Shown here piece by piece: positions 40,412 through 55,228 of a stretch of 64,000 nucleotides of DNA (positions are counted from its first letter, which is position 1; each line of letters starts with the position of its first letter). Origin of the DNA: Octopus vulgaris (taxonomy: Eukaryota); contig OX597828.1 in NCBI GenBank assembly GCA_951406725.2, positions 41,664,001-41,728,000 of the forward strand. Direction: 5' to 3'. Made by a program: the position numbers and the translations under genes. The notes under the pieces are model-generated. The model saw only the letters and a list, made by a program, of their open reading frames with translations, was not told the origin of the DNA and ran no database searches.

Positions 40412-41221
40412 TACAAAATTAGAAAATGGAGAAACATACTTAAATCAATAAAACATCAACTATCAGATGATACCCAATCAATACTTTATTACACCATTAC
40501 ATATCAGTAAAGGCATTATACAAAATATACAGTAAATGTAAATAGACAAGGAAATATAAGTATAAAATATAAAATATAATATGTAATTAAATCATATCTA
40601 ACAGCTGTTTAACCATAGGCTGAAACAGCTATAAGAAGTGATTTTAATGATTTCAATAATTTATGCTTTTTATAATTAGTATTCTTATCTTATATGTATT
40701 GAATTATAAGATATATATATATGCTATATATACATGAACTAAAGTCTTGTGAGTGAATTTGGTAATAATAATAATAATCCTTTTGATATAGATACCCGAT
40801 ATAGATACAACAAGAGTATGTGGTGTGTATGTGTGCATATGTATAAGCATACGTGTATCCTTGCCTCGACATTGCATGTTAGTTGTAAGCGAGCGTCACG
40901 TCATGCAAGCGGTGTTCTATTCAATCTTGTGAGAAAAGTTTTTTGGCATGGGAAAATACTATCTTACGTGGGAACAGGTATCGGTTGGCGACAATTAGAG
41001 CATCTGGCTGTAAAAAAAGTTCATTTCAACTATTGCGTCCGACCCATGCGAGCATGGAAAAGTCGGCGCTACAGATCGATATGGTATATATATATTTATA
41101 TATATATAAGTGTGGTGGTAGGGAGGGGGCGCACACATGCGTGTGTGTGAATGTATATATGCATGTGTTTGTGAGTGTGTATATGTATGCGTGTATGTAT
41201 ACATGTATGTATGCATATCTT

Positions 41222-41405
41222 TTCTGTTACTTTTATCAATTGTTTCAGTCATGAGACTGTGGCCATGCTAGGGCATCGCGTCGAAAATTTTTCAGTCGAA
41301 CGAAGGACCCCACGGCACTATTAAAATCCCGGTATTTATTCTATCGGTATGTTTCACCGAACCGCTAAGTCACTGGGTCGTAAGCAAATCAACGCAGACA
41401 CAAAG

Positions 41406-41460
<55 letters not shown>

Positions 41461-41570
41461 CGACGAGCTTCTTTCAGTTTCCGTCTACCAAACCCACTCA
41501 CTAGGCCTTGATCGGCCCGAGCCTATTGTAGGAGGCACTCGGTTAATGTACCACATAGTGTGTCTGAACC
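41222..41570 (-). mobile_element. SINE family A, diverged
   Basis: ttctttcagtttccgtctaccaaa.ccactcac; tail tgtttcagtcatgagactgtggccatgct. Confidence 0.8.
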
Positions 41571-41592
41571 CATATATATATATATCAGTGTT

Positions 41593-41646
<54 letters not shown>

Positions 41647-42075
41647 TGTCTGTGCAAGCAGAATATACGTCTTTAGGTAAGTGTGACTATATTACTTTTT
41701 CTCTCTCTCTCTCTCTCTGCAAGTATATACATGCATACACACATACATACATACATACATAAATACATACATACATACATACATAAATACATACATAAAT
41801 ACATATATATATATATGTGCGCGTGTGCGTGTGTGTGCATGTACGTGTGTGTGCATATATGTGTGTAAGCGTGCGTGTCTGTGTGTGTGTGTGTGTCTCT
41901 GTACGAGTTTGTGTGCATGGTTAAGGTTAGTATAATATGTTGATTCCAGATGGTAAAGCAATACGTGCAGCAAATTGAATTTAAAATCCAGCTGAAATAA
42001 TAAAGTTTGAAGATCTGTGAATATTCATATGTATGTGTTGGGGGATATATGTAGATGGGTGGCATATCTGCTATC

Positions 42076-42127
<52 letters not shown>

Positions 42128-42197
42128 ATATATATATATATGCATATATATATGCATACATGCACACGTATACATATATATATATTTATATATATAC

Positions 42198-42232
<35 letters not shown>

Positions 42233-42403
42233 TACACATGCATATATATTTGTATACATACATATATACACACATATATATACGCGCCAACACTCAAACA
42301 CATATAATGATGTAGTTATCATTAATACATGCCACCCATCTTTTTTCAAACATTTTATATAGGAATAATAATAATAATAATATTAATAATAATAATAATA
42401 ATA

Positions 42404-42470
<67 letters not shown>

Positions 42471-42729
42471 AGATGGACTGAGAAGTGCTATGAAAACGAG
42501 AATGGGATTAGGTGAAGGTGCCAACGTTATTCTAAGAAGTGGCAAATTAATTGAAACTCAAACCAGGCAGTTAAATTTCTTTGCTGAAATCCTAGAATTG
42601 GAACAGAACCACCCATACAAGAACATAAAGAGGAGACGAAATTGATAAGATACACTTTTACAGGAAGTAAAGAGAAACTTAGAAAAGGATTAACTGTAGA
42701 TAGATGTGTCAGACTAACATTAAAGAAAA

Positions 42730-42795
42730 GAAAAACTGAGCTCAACACTAGAAATATGATAATAGGAATAAATACATTAGTTCTCTCTGTCATAA
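42730..42795 (+). pseudogene. Tiny R4/Dong-type LINE RT-thumb fragment
   Basis: KTELNTRNMIIGINTLVLSVI resembles the L-N-x-x-N...A-I-N-T...P-V motif. Confidence 0.5.
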
Positions 42796-42835
42796 ATGTC
42801 AGGTTCTAAATGATGATGATGATGATGATGATGAT

Positions 42836-43490
<655 letters not shown>

Positions 43491-43652
43491 TTCTATCGCT
43501 TGTTTGTCCACAATTCAGGCATGCTTGAGCTGCTCGTTTCTCCACCTTTTGTCTGCCTTTTTTTGGGAAGCGACCCACTCGGTCCAGTCCTTCCCTTCTA
43601 GATCTCCATCTCTTTGGAATTTCCCCCTTACTGATGCCTTTACTACTTGTGC

Positions 43653-44034
43653 GGGAGGCGCAATGGTCCAGTGGTTAGGGCAGCGGACTCGCAGTCGTAG
43701 GATCGCGGTTTCGATTCCCAGACCGGGCGTTGTGAGTGTTTATTGAGCGAAAACACCTAAAAAGCTCCACGAGGCTCCGGCAGGGGGTGGTGGTGATCCC
43801 TGCTGTACTCTTTCACCACAACTTTCTCTCACTCTTACTTCCTGTTTCTGTTGTACCTGTATTTCAAGGGGCTAGCCTTGTCACTCTCTGTGTCACGCTG
43901 AATATCCCCGAGAACTACGTTAAGGGTGCACGTGTCTGTGGAGTGCTCAGCCTCTTACACGTTAATTTCACGAGCAGGCTGTTCCGTTGATTCGGATCAA
44001 CCGGAACCCTCGTCGTCGTAACCGTGCTTCCTCC
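43653..44034 (+). mobile_element. SINE family B, full length, inserted in a decayed LINE 3' end
   Basis: TSD actacttg(t/c)gc (43642-43652 / 44035-44045); rejoined flanks read SFPSRSPSLWNFP..AFTTCADLQQFK. Confidence 0.92.
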
Positions 44035-44065
44035 ACTACTTGCGCTGATCTGCAACAGTTTAAAC

Positions 44066-44608
44066 CAATGGTCCTCAACTGAGGTTCATATGGCCCTTGT
44101 GAGTCCATATAAAATTTCGTTTCTTAAAATTTATGTGCAATAAATTGTTTACGCTTCTACAATACACAAAATATTTAAAAAATTTTTTAAACAGAATTCC
44201 TAATAATACTTATTCTGTTGTCTCTGGTCATTTTCTTTTTGTGCCTTATAATTTAACACAGTCACCGGTAAAATTTCCATTTATTTCTTATTTTTATTTT
44301 CCAATAAAATTTTCGTTGCGTCTTGCAGCCTTTTCAATAGTCTTGACTCTTTTTAGGAAAATAAAAATAAGAAATAAGTGGAAATTTTACCGGTGAGTGT
44401 GTTAAATTATAAGGCACAAAAAGAAAATGACTCTCCCCAGATACAACAGTATATGCTTCAACACACGAACTCACATAAAGAATCTTGCAAACCAAATCCA
44501 AAAACGAAATAATACTTAATTATTGAAATATAAAAGGATTTTTAGGCACAAATGGCCATGGGGGTTGTCCACAAGAACCATAGTTAAAAAAACGGTTGAG
44601 AACCACAG
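44066..44608. mobile_element. hAT-like MITE hosting a foldback insertion
   Basis: Ends caatggtcctcaac / gttgagaaccacag; no clean 8-bp TSD. Confidence 0.5.
44213..44507. mobile_element. Foldback insertion with ~76-bp inverted arms and an 11-bp TSD
   Basis: Arms 44227-44302 / 44356-44431; aataatactta at 44202-44212 and 44508-44518. Confidence 0.75.
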
Positions 44609-45193
44609 TATTTACAGCAATGACTTCACTAGTTGCGGAGCGCCCACAAAGATCGTGGACAATGCTGCTTTTCAGTGTCCTAGGGTTTTTTAATCATCAA
44701 ATGACACTGAGAAGAGGGTGACCCTAGTTAAGTAGGAATCAAAGAGGTCTATCAATAAAAAAACTGGTCACGGAACGCCCGTAAAGATCGTGGTCGATGC
44801 CGTTTCTTCGCTACTCCAAACCTAAAAGTAGAAAGAACAATAGATACTACATAAAGAAAGAGAGAGAGACAAGAGTTTTGTCAACGAACAAGTTGTTACA
44901 AATTGTTCTTCTGCATTGATCATTTACGACAGCAATTGCAGCGATAACAACAACAACAACAACGACAGCAGCAACGGCAATGAGATACGTCTTTTAGTCA
45001 GCTCACAAATTAATGAACTCCCGCCCATATTATGCGGAGGGGAGGAGAAAATCTGTGAAAACTAATTGGAAAGGTTCCTAGTTTAACTGAGTGAAAACAA
45101 TCTCTATTCACATTTGCCTTATATTATAATCTAGTATCATATACAACATTTTTCTATAGAAACTCTCTTATCACAACCTCCTCTTCTACCTCC

Positions 45194-45194
<1 letters not shown>

Positions 45195-45224
<30 letters not shown>

Positions 45225-45233
45225 CTTCTTCTT

Positions 45234-45264
<31 letters not shown>

Positions 45265-45450
45265 GTCGTCGTCTTCTTCTTCTTCTTCTTCTTCTTCTTC
45301 TTCTTCTCCTCTTCCTCCTCCTCCTCCTCCTTCTTCTTCTTCTTCTTCTTCTTCTTCTTCTTCGTCTTCTTCTTATTATTATTCTTATTCTCTTCCTCTT
45401 CCTCCTCCTCCTCCTTCTTCTTCTTCTTCTTCTTCTTCTTCTTTTTCTTC
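45195..45450. repeat. (CTT)n microsatellite
   Basis: Direct reading. Confidence 0.95.
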
Positions 45451-46027
45451 TTATTTCTATTATCAACCTTTTCTCCATTTTCTCTTGTTTCCCTCTCACT
45501 TAACGCACTCTCTCTTTCTGTCATTCTCTCCCTCTCTCTTTCTCTGTCTCTCTTTCTCTCCCTCTCTCTGCCTCTTTCTCTCTTTCTCTCTCTCTCTCTT
45601 CTCTGTTTGATGGTGTGTTTATTCTTCATTCAATTATTTTTACATTTGCTTTGTTTGCTTTTATTTTTTTTTAACTCTCAACTTATCTTAAGTTTACGTT
45701 CTCAGTCAACAGCAAAGCAGCAGCAGCAGCAGCAACAACAACAACAACAACAACAACAACAGCAGCAACAGTAACACCAACTACAACTCTTACACCAGTC
45801 ACCTCCGTCCCCCCCCCTATGATCAGCAACACTGATGTGACGTGATGAGAACAACGTTCTCCCCGCCATTTATGAATCTTGTTACCACCATTTTAAATCT
45901 TTTTGTTTTCTCGTTGAAACAGTTTAAAACACGCATACACACATATAAACACATTCACACACACACACATATATATACATACATATTCATATACATATAT
46001 ATACACATACATATATATGTATACATA

Positions 46028-46058
<31 letters not shown>

Positions 46059-46224
46059 GGATAAATATATATAATATATATGCATATACATATATAGACA
46101 TGCATACATTATATACATACATATATATATATATGTGTATAAAAATATGCGTACACACATACACATATACATACATATGCATTTATATGTGTATATTCCT
46201 GCATATGTGTATATATTTAAATGT

Positions 46225-46259
<35 letters not shown>

Positions 46260-46359
46260 TGTATATATATATACATATATATGTGTGTGTGTGCACATAT
46301 GTATATGCACACACACTCACATACACGCATACTCTCTCTCTCTTTGTTTCACACACACA

Positions 46360-46399
<40 letters not shown>

Positions 46400-46626
46400 G
46401 ACACACACGCGCACACGCCCACGCACACACTCTGCATTCTGTTCATATCAGTTACTGAATGTAATTAGAAAAATTTTTGCTTTCATATTTAACTGCTTGT
46501 TTCATAATATTTTAATCAAATAAATATAACTTCTTAAGTTTCTTTACACCATAATTGCAAATAATCTTTCAAAAATGATGGGGCCGAGCTACAGGAAAAT
46601 GGCATTTAGCACACACACACACACAC

Positions 46627-46671
<45 letters not shown>

Positions 46672-46675
46672 TGAT

Positions 46676-46740
<65 letters not shown>

Positions 46741-46754
46741 TGATGATGATGATG

Positions 46755-46801
<47 letters not shown>

Positions 46802-46856
46802 GATAATAATAATGATGATAATAATAATGATGATAATAATAATAATAATAATAATA

Positions 46857-46943
<87 letters not shown>

Positions 46944-47024
46944 GTGCATTGTAGTGTTTTGTCATTATCACAAACTTTCATCGTTTCTGCATCTGCTGTT
47001 GCTTTCTGCTGCTGCTGCTGCTGC

Positions 47025-47056
<32 letters not shown>

Positions 47057-47147
47057 GTGGTGGTGGTGTTGATTGTGGTGTTGGTGTTGGCGTCCTCATC
47101 AATTCTGCTGCTACGAGTGCTGTTGCTGCCGCTGCTGCTGCTGCTCT

Positions 47148-47196
<49 letters not shown>

Positions 47197-47285
47197 ACTG
47201 CTACTGCTGCTGCGACTACTACTACTACTACTAATACTAACGCCACCACCACCACCACCACTACCACCACTACCACCACTAGCAT

Positions 47286-47356
<71 letters not shown>

Positions 47357-47494
47357 TAACTGCTGCTGCCGCAAGTGTCATTAGTTCTTATTGTAGACAC
47401 CTCGTAGTTGTGGTCGTCGCCCTCATCATCGTCATCGTCATCATCATCATCAACATCATCAACAGCGCTTACACCAACCATAATAATCATTTGT

Positions 47495-47678
47495 AATACA
47501 GGCACAAGGCTTGAAATTTTTTGGGGGTGGGGTGGATTGCTTGTCGATCGTTTCGACCCCAGTGCTCAACTGGTACTTATTCTATTGACTGCGAAAGGAT
47601 TAAAAGGCAAAGTCGACTTCGGAGGAATTTGAACGTACAGACGGACGAAATGACCCAAATCATTTTGTCCGGCACACG
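47495..47678 (-). mobile_element. SINE family C variant
   Basis: aaggattaaaaggcaaagtcgacttcggaggaatttgaac. Confidence 0.75.
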
Positions 47679-47689
47679 AAAAGATGGGT

Positions 47690-48151
47690 ATAAAAGATGG
47701 GCTACAGCAAATATTCTGCTCAATACCACAGATTTGCTTGTCAGTTGTTTGACCTTAGCCAGTTGAGCATGTCCCTTAGTGGCTGATGATATGTGCATCT
47801 CTGATCACGAGCAGAAGTAGTGGGGGAGTATCATAGCCATGTTTTGAGAGGAATTCTTTGGGGTTTGAATAAGTCACCCCTGAAAACATGAGTGTTCAGC
47901 ATCCTTAAACAACCCTTATTCAAGGACCTTTTGCGCGGAATGGGTTACTCAACCTGAAGAAAATTCTGATTGGCCCCCACCTGCAATGCCTTGCTCTGTT
48001 AATCTTGATATGAGATCACCATGTTGAGCATATATGTTTGTGGTGCATGTGCCTGATGTACCCTTATCAGACGGGTAGTCATGATGTGTATACTGGGCTT
48101 CGCATATTTTACCCCAGTGTCACTTCGATGGCATGCGCAACTCTCTCACTC
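47690..48151 (+). mobile_element. Probable retroelement 3' region ending in an (AAT)n tail
   Basis: Complex sequence ending ctctctcactc followed by (AAT)n; no peptide motif recognised. Confidence 0.45.
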
Positions 48152-48166
48152 AATAATAATAATAAT

Positions 48167-48318
<152 letters not shown>

Positions 48319-48350
48319 TAATAATAATAATAATAATGATGATGATGATG

Positions 48351-48392
<42 letters not shown>

Positions 48393-48412
48393 TAATAATA
48401 ATAATAATAATA

Positions 48413-48470
<58 letters not shown>

Positions 48471-48472
<2 letters not shown>

Positions 48473-48840
48473 TGATGTATCAATACCAGCAGATGACAAC
48501 GTGTCTCCAAAAGAAGTGGAGAAACTTTCAAAATACAAATGACCTGGAAATAGAGGTAACCAAAATGTGGAATCTAAAAACAGAAGCAATTCCTATCATA
48601 GTAGGTGCATTAGGCATGATAAAAAAATATTCAGACAACTACATAACAAAAACACCAGGACTTACAAACACATATAACATACAGAAAATTGCACTACTAG
48701 GCACTGCACACATCCTACGCAGAACACTTTCCATACAATAACCATCAGAGGATCACAACAAATCACAGCACATACCCAAGGCACACAGAGCTGCGCTCGG
48801 TAGTGAAGTGAAAGCACGCTATGAAAAAATAAAACTACTG
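48471..48840 (+). mobile_element. R4/Dong-type LINE 3' end (RLE C-terminus plus UTR) embedded in (AAT)n
   Basis: IDVSIPADDNVSPKEVEKLSKYK / DLEIEVTKMWNLKTEAIPIIVGALG...IQKIALLGTAHILRRTL*; one frameshift. Confidence 0.88.
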
Positions 48841-48852
48841 AATAATAATAAT

Positions 48853-48960
<108 letters not shown>

Positions 48961-48961
48961 G

Positions 48962-49007
<46 letters not shown>

Positions 49008-49057
49008 GGTGGTGGTGATGATGATGATGATGATGATGATGATGGTGTTGGTGGTGG

Positions 49058-49128
<71 letters not shown>

Positions 49129-49153
49129 ATGATGATGATGATGATGATGATGA

Positions 49154-49202
<49 letters not shown>

Positions 49203-49269
49203 GTAATAATAATAATGTGTTGTGATCTCTTCCGTGATAAATGCCAGAGGAGTGTTCTGATTTCTTGTT

Positions 49270-49528
49270 TAACAACCTGAAAATTAGAAGGTTTGTTTCA
49301 AAAACGAGCGAATGTTTGTGCTGTACGGTGTCTCACTCTCTCCAAGAAATCGATGTTGTCTATATAGGATTCACGGTGGACCACACGTGAAACGTCGAAG
49401 TGACCGCAGATCAACGTGAAATAAAGTGTTTTGCTTAAGAACACAACGCGGCTGTTGAGCCGGGGGTCGAAACCACAATATTGCGATCCAGAGTGCAACG
49501 CTCTAACCACAAAGCCAAGCGTCTTCGC
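49270..49528 (-). mobile_element. tRNA-derived SINE with CORE-like block, diverged
   Basis: Minus strand tggctttgtggttagagcg...ggtttcgacccc...gtgttcttaagcaaaacactt. Confidence 0.65.
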
Positions 49529-49545
49529 TATATACGTGTGTTTAT

Positions 49546-49586
<41 letters not shown>

Positions 49587-49949
49587 CGTGTGTGTGTGCG
49601 TGCGTGTGTGTGCATGTTTTTAGGTCTGTGTGCGCGTGTTTTAGTCTCTACGGTTTGTCCCCCCCCCCCACCCGCCACTTGAGAAGCGGTGTTAGCTTGC
49701 TTACGTCCGCGTAACGTAGCGGTTCGGTGAAATTGATCGATAAAATGAGTACCAAACTTTGGAAAATAACTGCTGGTGCTCCAGCATGGCAGCAGTCCAC
49801 TCACTGGAACAGTTAAAGAACAAAGATGCATAGATTTGTGTCAAGTTCTCGTCAGAAATTTAACCTCGAAAAATAGTAACGAAACGGTTGAGGCCTCTTT
49901 TGAAAGGGGTTTCTTAAAGATCTGAATATATCAAACATTAAATTTGGCC

Positions 49950-50155
49950 TAGGCACAGGTAGGAAGCTTGCTTCTCAACCAGATGGTTACGGGTTCAATT
50001 CCACTACATCTCACCTTGAGTGTCTCCTATTATTGCCCCGGGCCGACCAAAGCCTTGTAAGTGGATATGGTTCATAGAAACTGAAGGAAGCTGGTTGCGT
50101 GCGCACGTATATATGTGCGTGTTTGTGTATATATATATGTGCGTTTATGCGTGTT

Positions 50156-50203
<48 letters not shown>

Positions 50204-50392
50204 CATATATATATGTTTGTGTGTGTGTGTGTGAGTTTGTGTGGCTGTGTCTGCGTTTGTATGCTTTCAACAGTACTTGATAACCGATGTTGATTTATTT
50301 GCGTTCGTATGAGATAGCAGTTCGGCAAATGTGTCCGACAGAATAAATACCACGCTTAAAAAAAAGATAAAAACAAGCAAAAGATAAAAGAT
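49950..50392 (+). mobile_element. SINE family A, diverged
   Basis: gggttcaattccac...ggccgaccaaagccttgtaagtggat. Confidence 0.75.
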
Positions 50393-51059
50393 AAACGTAG
50401 GGAGAGCCACGACTGGTAAGAGAAAACAGTTTCTTTTTAATATTTCCAGGGAAAAAAACAAGAAAGGCTTATCAGATTTGAGTGAAGATTAAATAACCAC
50501 GATCGCATTCCGATCCGTAAAATATGATATAAACAGGAAAACCGGAGGAGCTACATGTAACCACGACTCTCATCCTCTTCCTCTTCCATCTCCGCTCCGC
50601 CTCCTCTTCTGCTTCATCCTTCTTACCTCGTCCTTCTCGTCGTCGTCATCGTACTCCTCCTCTCCCTCCTCCTCTTCTTCTTACTACTACTACTACTACT
50701 ACTACTACTTCAACTTCCTCTTTTTCTTCTTTACCAGGACGACGACAACATCGACGACAATGACGACGACGATGACATCGACGACGACGACGACCACCAC
50801 CACCACACCACTACTACCACCACCACCACCACCACCACCACCACCACCACCACCACCACCACCACCACCACCATTACCCATGTTATGTAAGACATTCAGT
50901 TTTAACCTACCCAACTTCCATGGTCACCTGATATACTCAGTGTTGCTGGCTATTTTATCCGACACACACTTCTCGTTTTACACACAGCTCTCAGTGTGGC
51001 TTTCTCAGCGCATATCGGACATCATTATCATCATCCTTCTCACCGCCACCACCTTTTCC

Positions 51060-51229
51060 ACCGCCGCTGCCGCCGCCGCTGCCGCCGCCGCTGCCGCCGC
51101 CTCTGCCGCCGCCGCTGCCGCCGCCGCTGCCGCCGCCGCTGCCGCCGCTGCCGCCGCCGCTGCCGCCGCCGCTGCCGCCGCCGCTGCCGCCGCCGCTGCC
51201 GCCGCCGCTGCCGCCGCCGCTGCCGCCGC

Positions 51230-51283
<54 letters not shown>

Positions 51284-51303
51284 TGCCGCCGCCGCCGCCG
51301 CCG
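51060..51303. repeat. (GCC)n / (GCCGCCGCCGCT)n GC-rich microsatellite
   Basis: Direct reading. Confidence 0.97.
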
Positions 51304-51656
51304 TCGTCGTCGTCAACCACTACCTCTGCGGTCACCATCTCTTCTTCGTTGTCGTCGCCCTAATTCTTTAAAATTACAAACCATATTTTCCAACATACAA
51401 ATCGACGAACTGTATAGTGCAAACATGTAATGTAAGCCTTCAGACATCATCACTAGCTTTCCAACTCCTGCTGCGTTTCTTATGGAACTTTCGGTCCTTT
51501 AAAGTCTCCTTGGTTTAGAAGTCGACCTGCTGTTTTTGTCTGTAAATTTTGGTGCGAAAAATTAGAGTTGTACGTCGGCAAGTACTTTAGGTCTATCCAA
51601 ATTATGCTCACCTTGTGTCAATTAATATTGTATCTAAATCCTAAATATAAATATAT

Positions 51657-52062
51657 AGGCGCAGGAGTGGCTGTGTGGTAAGTAGCTTGCTAACCAACCA
51701 CATGGTTCCGGGTTCGGTCCCACTGCGTGGCATCTTGAGCAAGTGTCTTCTGCTATAACCCCGGGCCTTGTGAGTGGATTTGGTAGACGGAAACTGAAAG
51801 AAGCCTGTCGTATATATGTATATATATATATATAAATGTGTGTGTATATGTTTGTGTGTCTGTGTTTGTCCCCCTAGCAATTGCTTGACAACCGATGCTG
51901 GTGTGTTTACGTCCCCGTCACTTAGCGGTTCGGCAAAAGAGACCGATAGAATAAGTACTGGGCTTACAAAGAATAAGTCCCGGGGTCGATTTGCTCGACT
52001 AAAGGTGGTGCTCCAGCATGGCCGCAGTCAAATGACTGAAACAAGTAAAAGAGTAAAAGAGT
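51657..52062 (+). mobile_element. SINE family A, full length
   Basis: Near-identical to 249-688. Confidence 0.93.
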
Positions 52063-52681
52063 ATAACCTTTTAAGTTTAACTTGGACTATATCTAAGATA
52101 TATAATTCGACAACTCAAATTCGGCGACCATATGCCTGCACTAGAAAAAAAAAAAAAAAAAAAGCGGCGATGCCTTTCACCTATGTTGCATTTTATTTGA
52201 ACAGTAAAAATTTGCCGTCATGTCAGCACACTTCTACTTCGCTGGTGCAGAATACGTATATTCCCAAATTCAAGTGTTCTGAAGAGAAGAACTTGGAAGA
52301 AAAACTGATTGGGTAAAACATACAGTTGAGTTCTGGTTTTGCCGAAGCAGTTATCTATTATTCGTGTATTACTTCCCATGTCGAAAGATGAATATCTTCT
52401 TGGATTTGCTTTTAATACTGTAATGTCTACTGGTTCTCCCAAGTTCGCTCATTGCTTCCTCTTTGATAAGTGTAAACTAGAGTTTAAAGCTGAATTTATT
52501 TTTATGCTTCATTGGTGTGATATAGACTCCACACTTAGTTACGTTTCCTTATTCATATATCATCCGACTGTAACAGTAGCCACCTTTAATGGGGTGAGGC
52601 TGCTTCCGGCCATCAAACTCGAAGTAACAAAATATGAAGTAGAATGAATTTACTCAATTTCTACTTTTTTTTTAACCGTAA

Positions 52682-52913
52682 AGGGCGGCAATGAGAGGCA
52701 GAAACGTTAGCATGCCGGGCGAAATGCGTAGCCGTATTTCGTCTGCCGTTACATTCTGAGTTCAAATTTCGCCGAGGTCGACTTTGCCTTTCATCCTTTC
52801 GGGGTCGATAAATTGAGTACCAGTTACGTACTGGGGTCGATGTAATCGACTTAATCCATTCGTCTGTCCTGGTTCGTCCCCTCTGTGTTTAGCCCCTGGT
52901 GGGTAGTAAAGAA
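52682..52913 (+). mobile_element. SINE family C, full length
   Basis: Matches the 21253 copy. Confidence 0.9.
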
Positions 52914-52993
52914 TTTTTTTTATTTGAACCGTAAGAATAGTTTTAAGCAAGAATACTTCCAAGTATAAAATAGCGGTTACACACACACACACA

Positions 52994-53065
<72 letters not shown>

Positions 53066-53510
53066 TTGATTCATACATGTATGTGTGTGTGTATGTTCTG
53101 TTTATTTTTTGTATTTAGATTAGGTTGAGTTCATTTCTCTGGCAAATACATTGCATGAAACTATTATTTACCTATTTGCATTAGAAGTTTCTAGAATATC
53201 CAATCCTTTGCAGTGTGTGGTATGTGCTGTTCTAACCTGCATACGTAAATATATCACCCCCACCACACAAACACACACACAAAGAAAATTGTTGCAACCT
53301 TGTTAGGCATAGTTATATTTTAGACACTTTTTGAATATCTTGAATATGTATATCAAGTTCTTCCTTAATCTATCCGAAGTGCAACCGTTCAAGATGTGTA
53401 AGGTTGCTGCCAAACAGTTATCTCAGTAAAGCCCTGAAGAGTATTTCGTGTTCTCAGGATGACACGGTTAAACACGAACAGCTACAACGTGATAAATTTA
53501 GAAAGGATGA

Positions 53511-53900
53511 AAGTAGCTTGCTTACCAACCACATGGTTCCGGGTTCAGTCCCACTGCGTGGCACCTTGGGAAAGTGTCTTCTACTATAGCCTCGGGCCGA
53601 CCAAGTGTCTTCTACTATAGCCTCGGGCCGACCAAAGCCTTGTGAGTGGATTTGGTAGACGGAGACCGAAAGAAGCCCGTCGTATATATGTATGTATATA
53701 TGCGTCTGTGTTTGTCCCCCTAGCATTGCTTGACAACCGATGCTGGTGTGTTTATGTCCCTGTTACTTAGCGGTTCGGCAAAAGAGACCGATAGAATAAG
53801 TACTGGGTTTACAAAAGAATAAGTCCATGGGTCGAGTTGCTCGATTAAAGGCGGTGCTCCAGCATGGCCGCAGTCAAATGACTGAAACAAGTAAAAGAGA
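53511..53900 (+). mobile_element. SINE family A with a ~30-bp internal tandem duplication
   Basis: aagtgtcttctactatagcctcgggccgacc occurs twice. Confidence 0.9.
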
Positions 53901-53999
53901 GAGGCGTTGTCAAGAAATTTAGCTTAAATATAACTCTCTCCAGGAATTTAATTCTAGCTAATCTCTGTGAACCCTAAGGCACATAAAAATCGTCTTAAT

Positions 54000-54420
54000 C
54001 ATAAGACAGGAAAGTCTCAAACTTATCTACCTTACCCTAACAGGGCTTCAATCAGAAGTGACCAGTGATGTGTTACTTTATGTAGAGAAACCCCTATCCA
54101 CCAAAATCCGAGAAGAATCAGACGTTCAAAAGATAATTGGTTTAACACCAACTATAATTTAGCCGTTTTAACAAACATTTCTACGAAAGTATAGATTTTT
54201 AAAAAAAGCGCAGCATTTTCTGACTACACACAACCACCAAAAAGCATTCAACGCACGTCATGTGATGGTTAGCTACTCTTGCCTAAAAAACATTGAACCC
54301 AGTATCACGTGTTACTACTATGAAAAGAATCTGCACAGATCCTACTCCACGAAACCACATGGAATTGCTGAAATCGAGGTACTTCTTTACCGAGCAAATT
54401 CTGTTGTTCTAGAACTGCGA
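54000..54420 (+). pseudogene. Decayed Penelope-like linker / C-terminal region
   Basis: NWFNTNYN (54135) and FNARHVMVSYSCLKNI (54247) resemble PLE WFNPPY and FN...K-V-S-Y-S-C motifs. Confidence 0.55.
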
Positions 54421-55228
54421 CACATCCACTCTATCAAATGATATCAAGAAGAACTATAAGTGGCTAATGCCCTCAAGTGATCGTGTAATCAACATGTTCA
54501 CCTTCTTTACGTCCAGTTTTATTTGGAATGTTAAAGACCAGTGATATGACTGCCGCACTGTAAGATGGAAGATTATCTTCGGATTCCTCCTTTCTCCAAT
54601 CAGTTACATCATTGAAGACTCTGCCTATCTGAGAAATTGCATATTCTGAATCAGCCTGTGATATTCCTCTATAGGAAATTCTACAGGATATTCAATTGTC
54701 ATCACAGACGAGAATTTTTCCATGCATCAACTGTAATCGACCAGCCCACCAAAAAAATCGTATTACCGAAAATCAAGGAACTAACACCCTTGAAAACAAA
54801 AAGCAATCTCAGGCGAATTGCTGTCCTTGCCCCATAGTAGAACCTTTATATTCTAATACGCCATAGAATGACTTACGTAAAGAAGTCTGCAATGCGTTTC
54901 ATCACGTGTCTATGTAACAACATAATTACAGAGTGAATGACCAACAGCTTGCCTACAGTTGCAACACGGTATATTTGTGTGCATATGTGTGTCTGTATGC
55001 ACATTATGGATGCAGCATTTATTTTGTATTAAGCTTGGTACTTATTCTATCGGTCACTTTTGCCGAACGCTAAGTTACGGGGACGTAGCAAACTCACAAC
55101 GATTGTCATTCAGTGGCAGTGATTGTGGAGGACAAACACAGTCACAAAGACACGCACACACACACATACACAGAGCTATTCATACATACATCCATACATG
55201 CATACATTCATACATACATACATACATA

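Noticed and set aside
52100-52670. Complex unique sequence with short ORFs
   Set aside because: Stops in the frames I translated and no motif I can assign; possibly an old transposon remnant.
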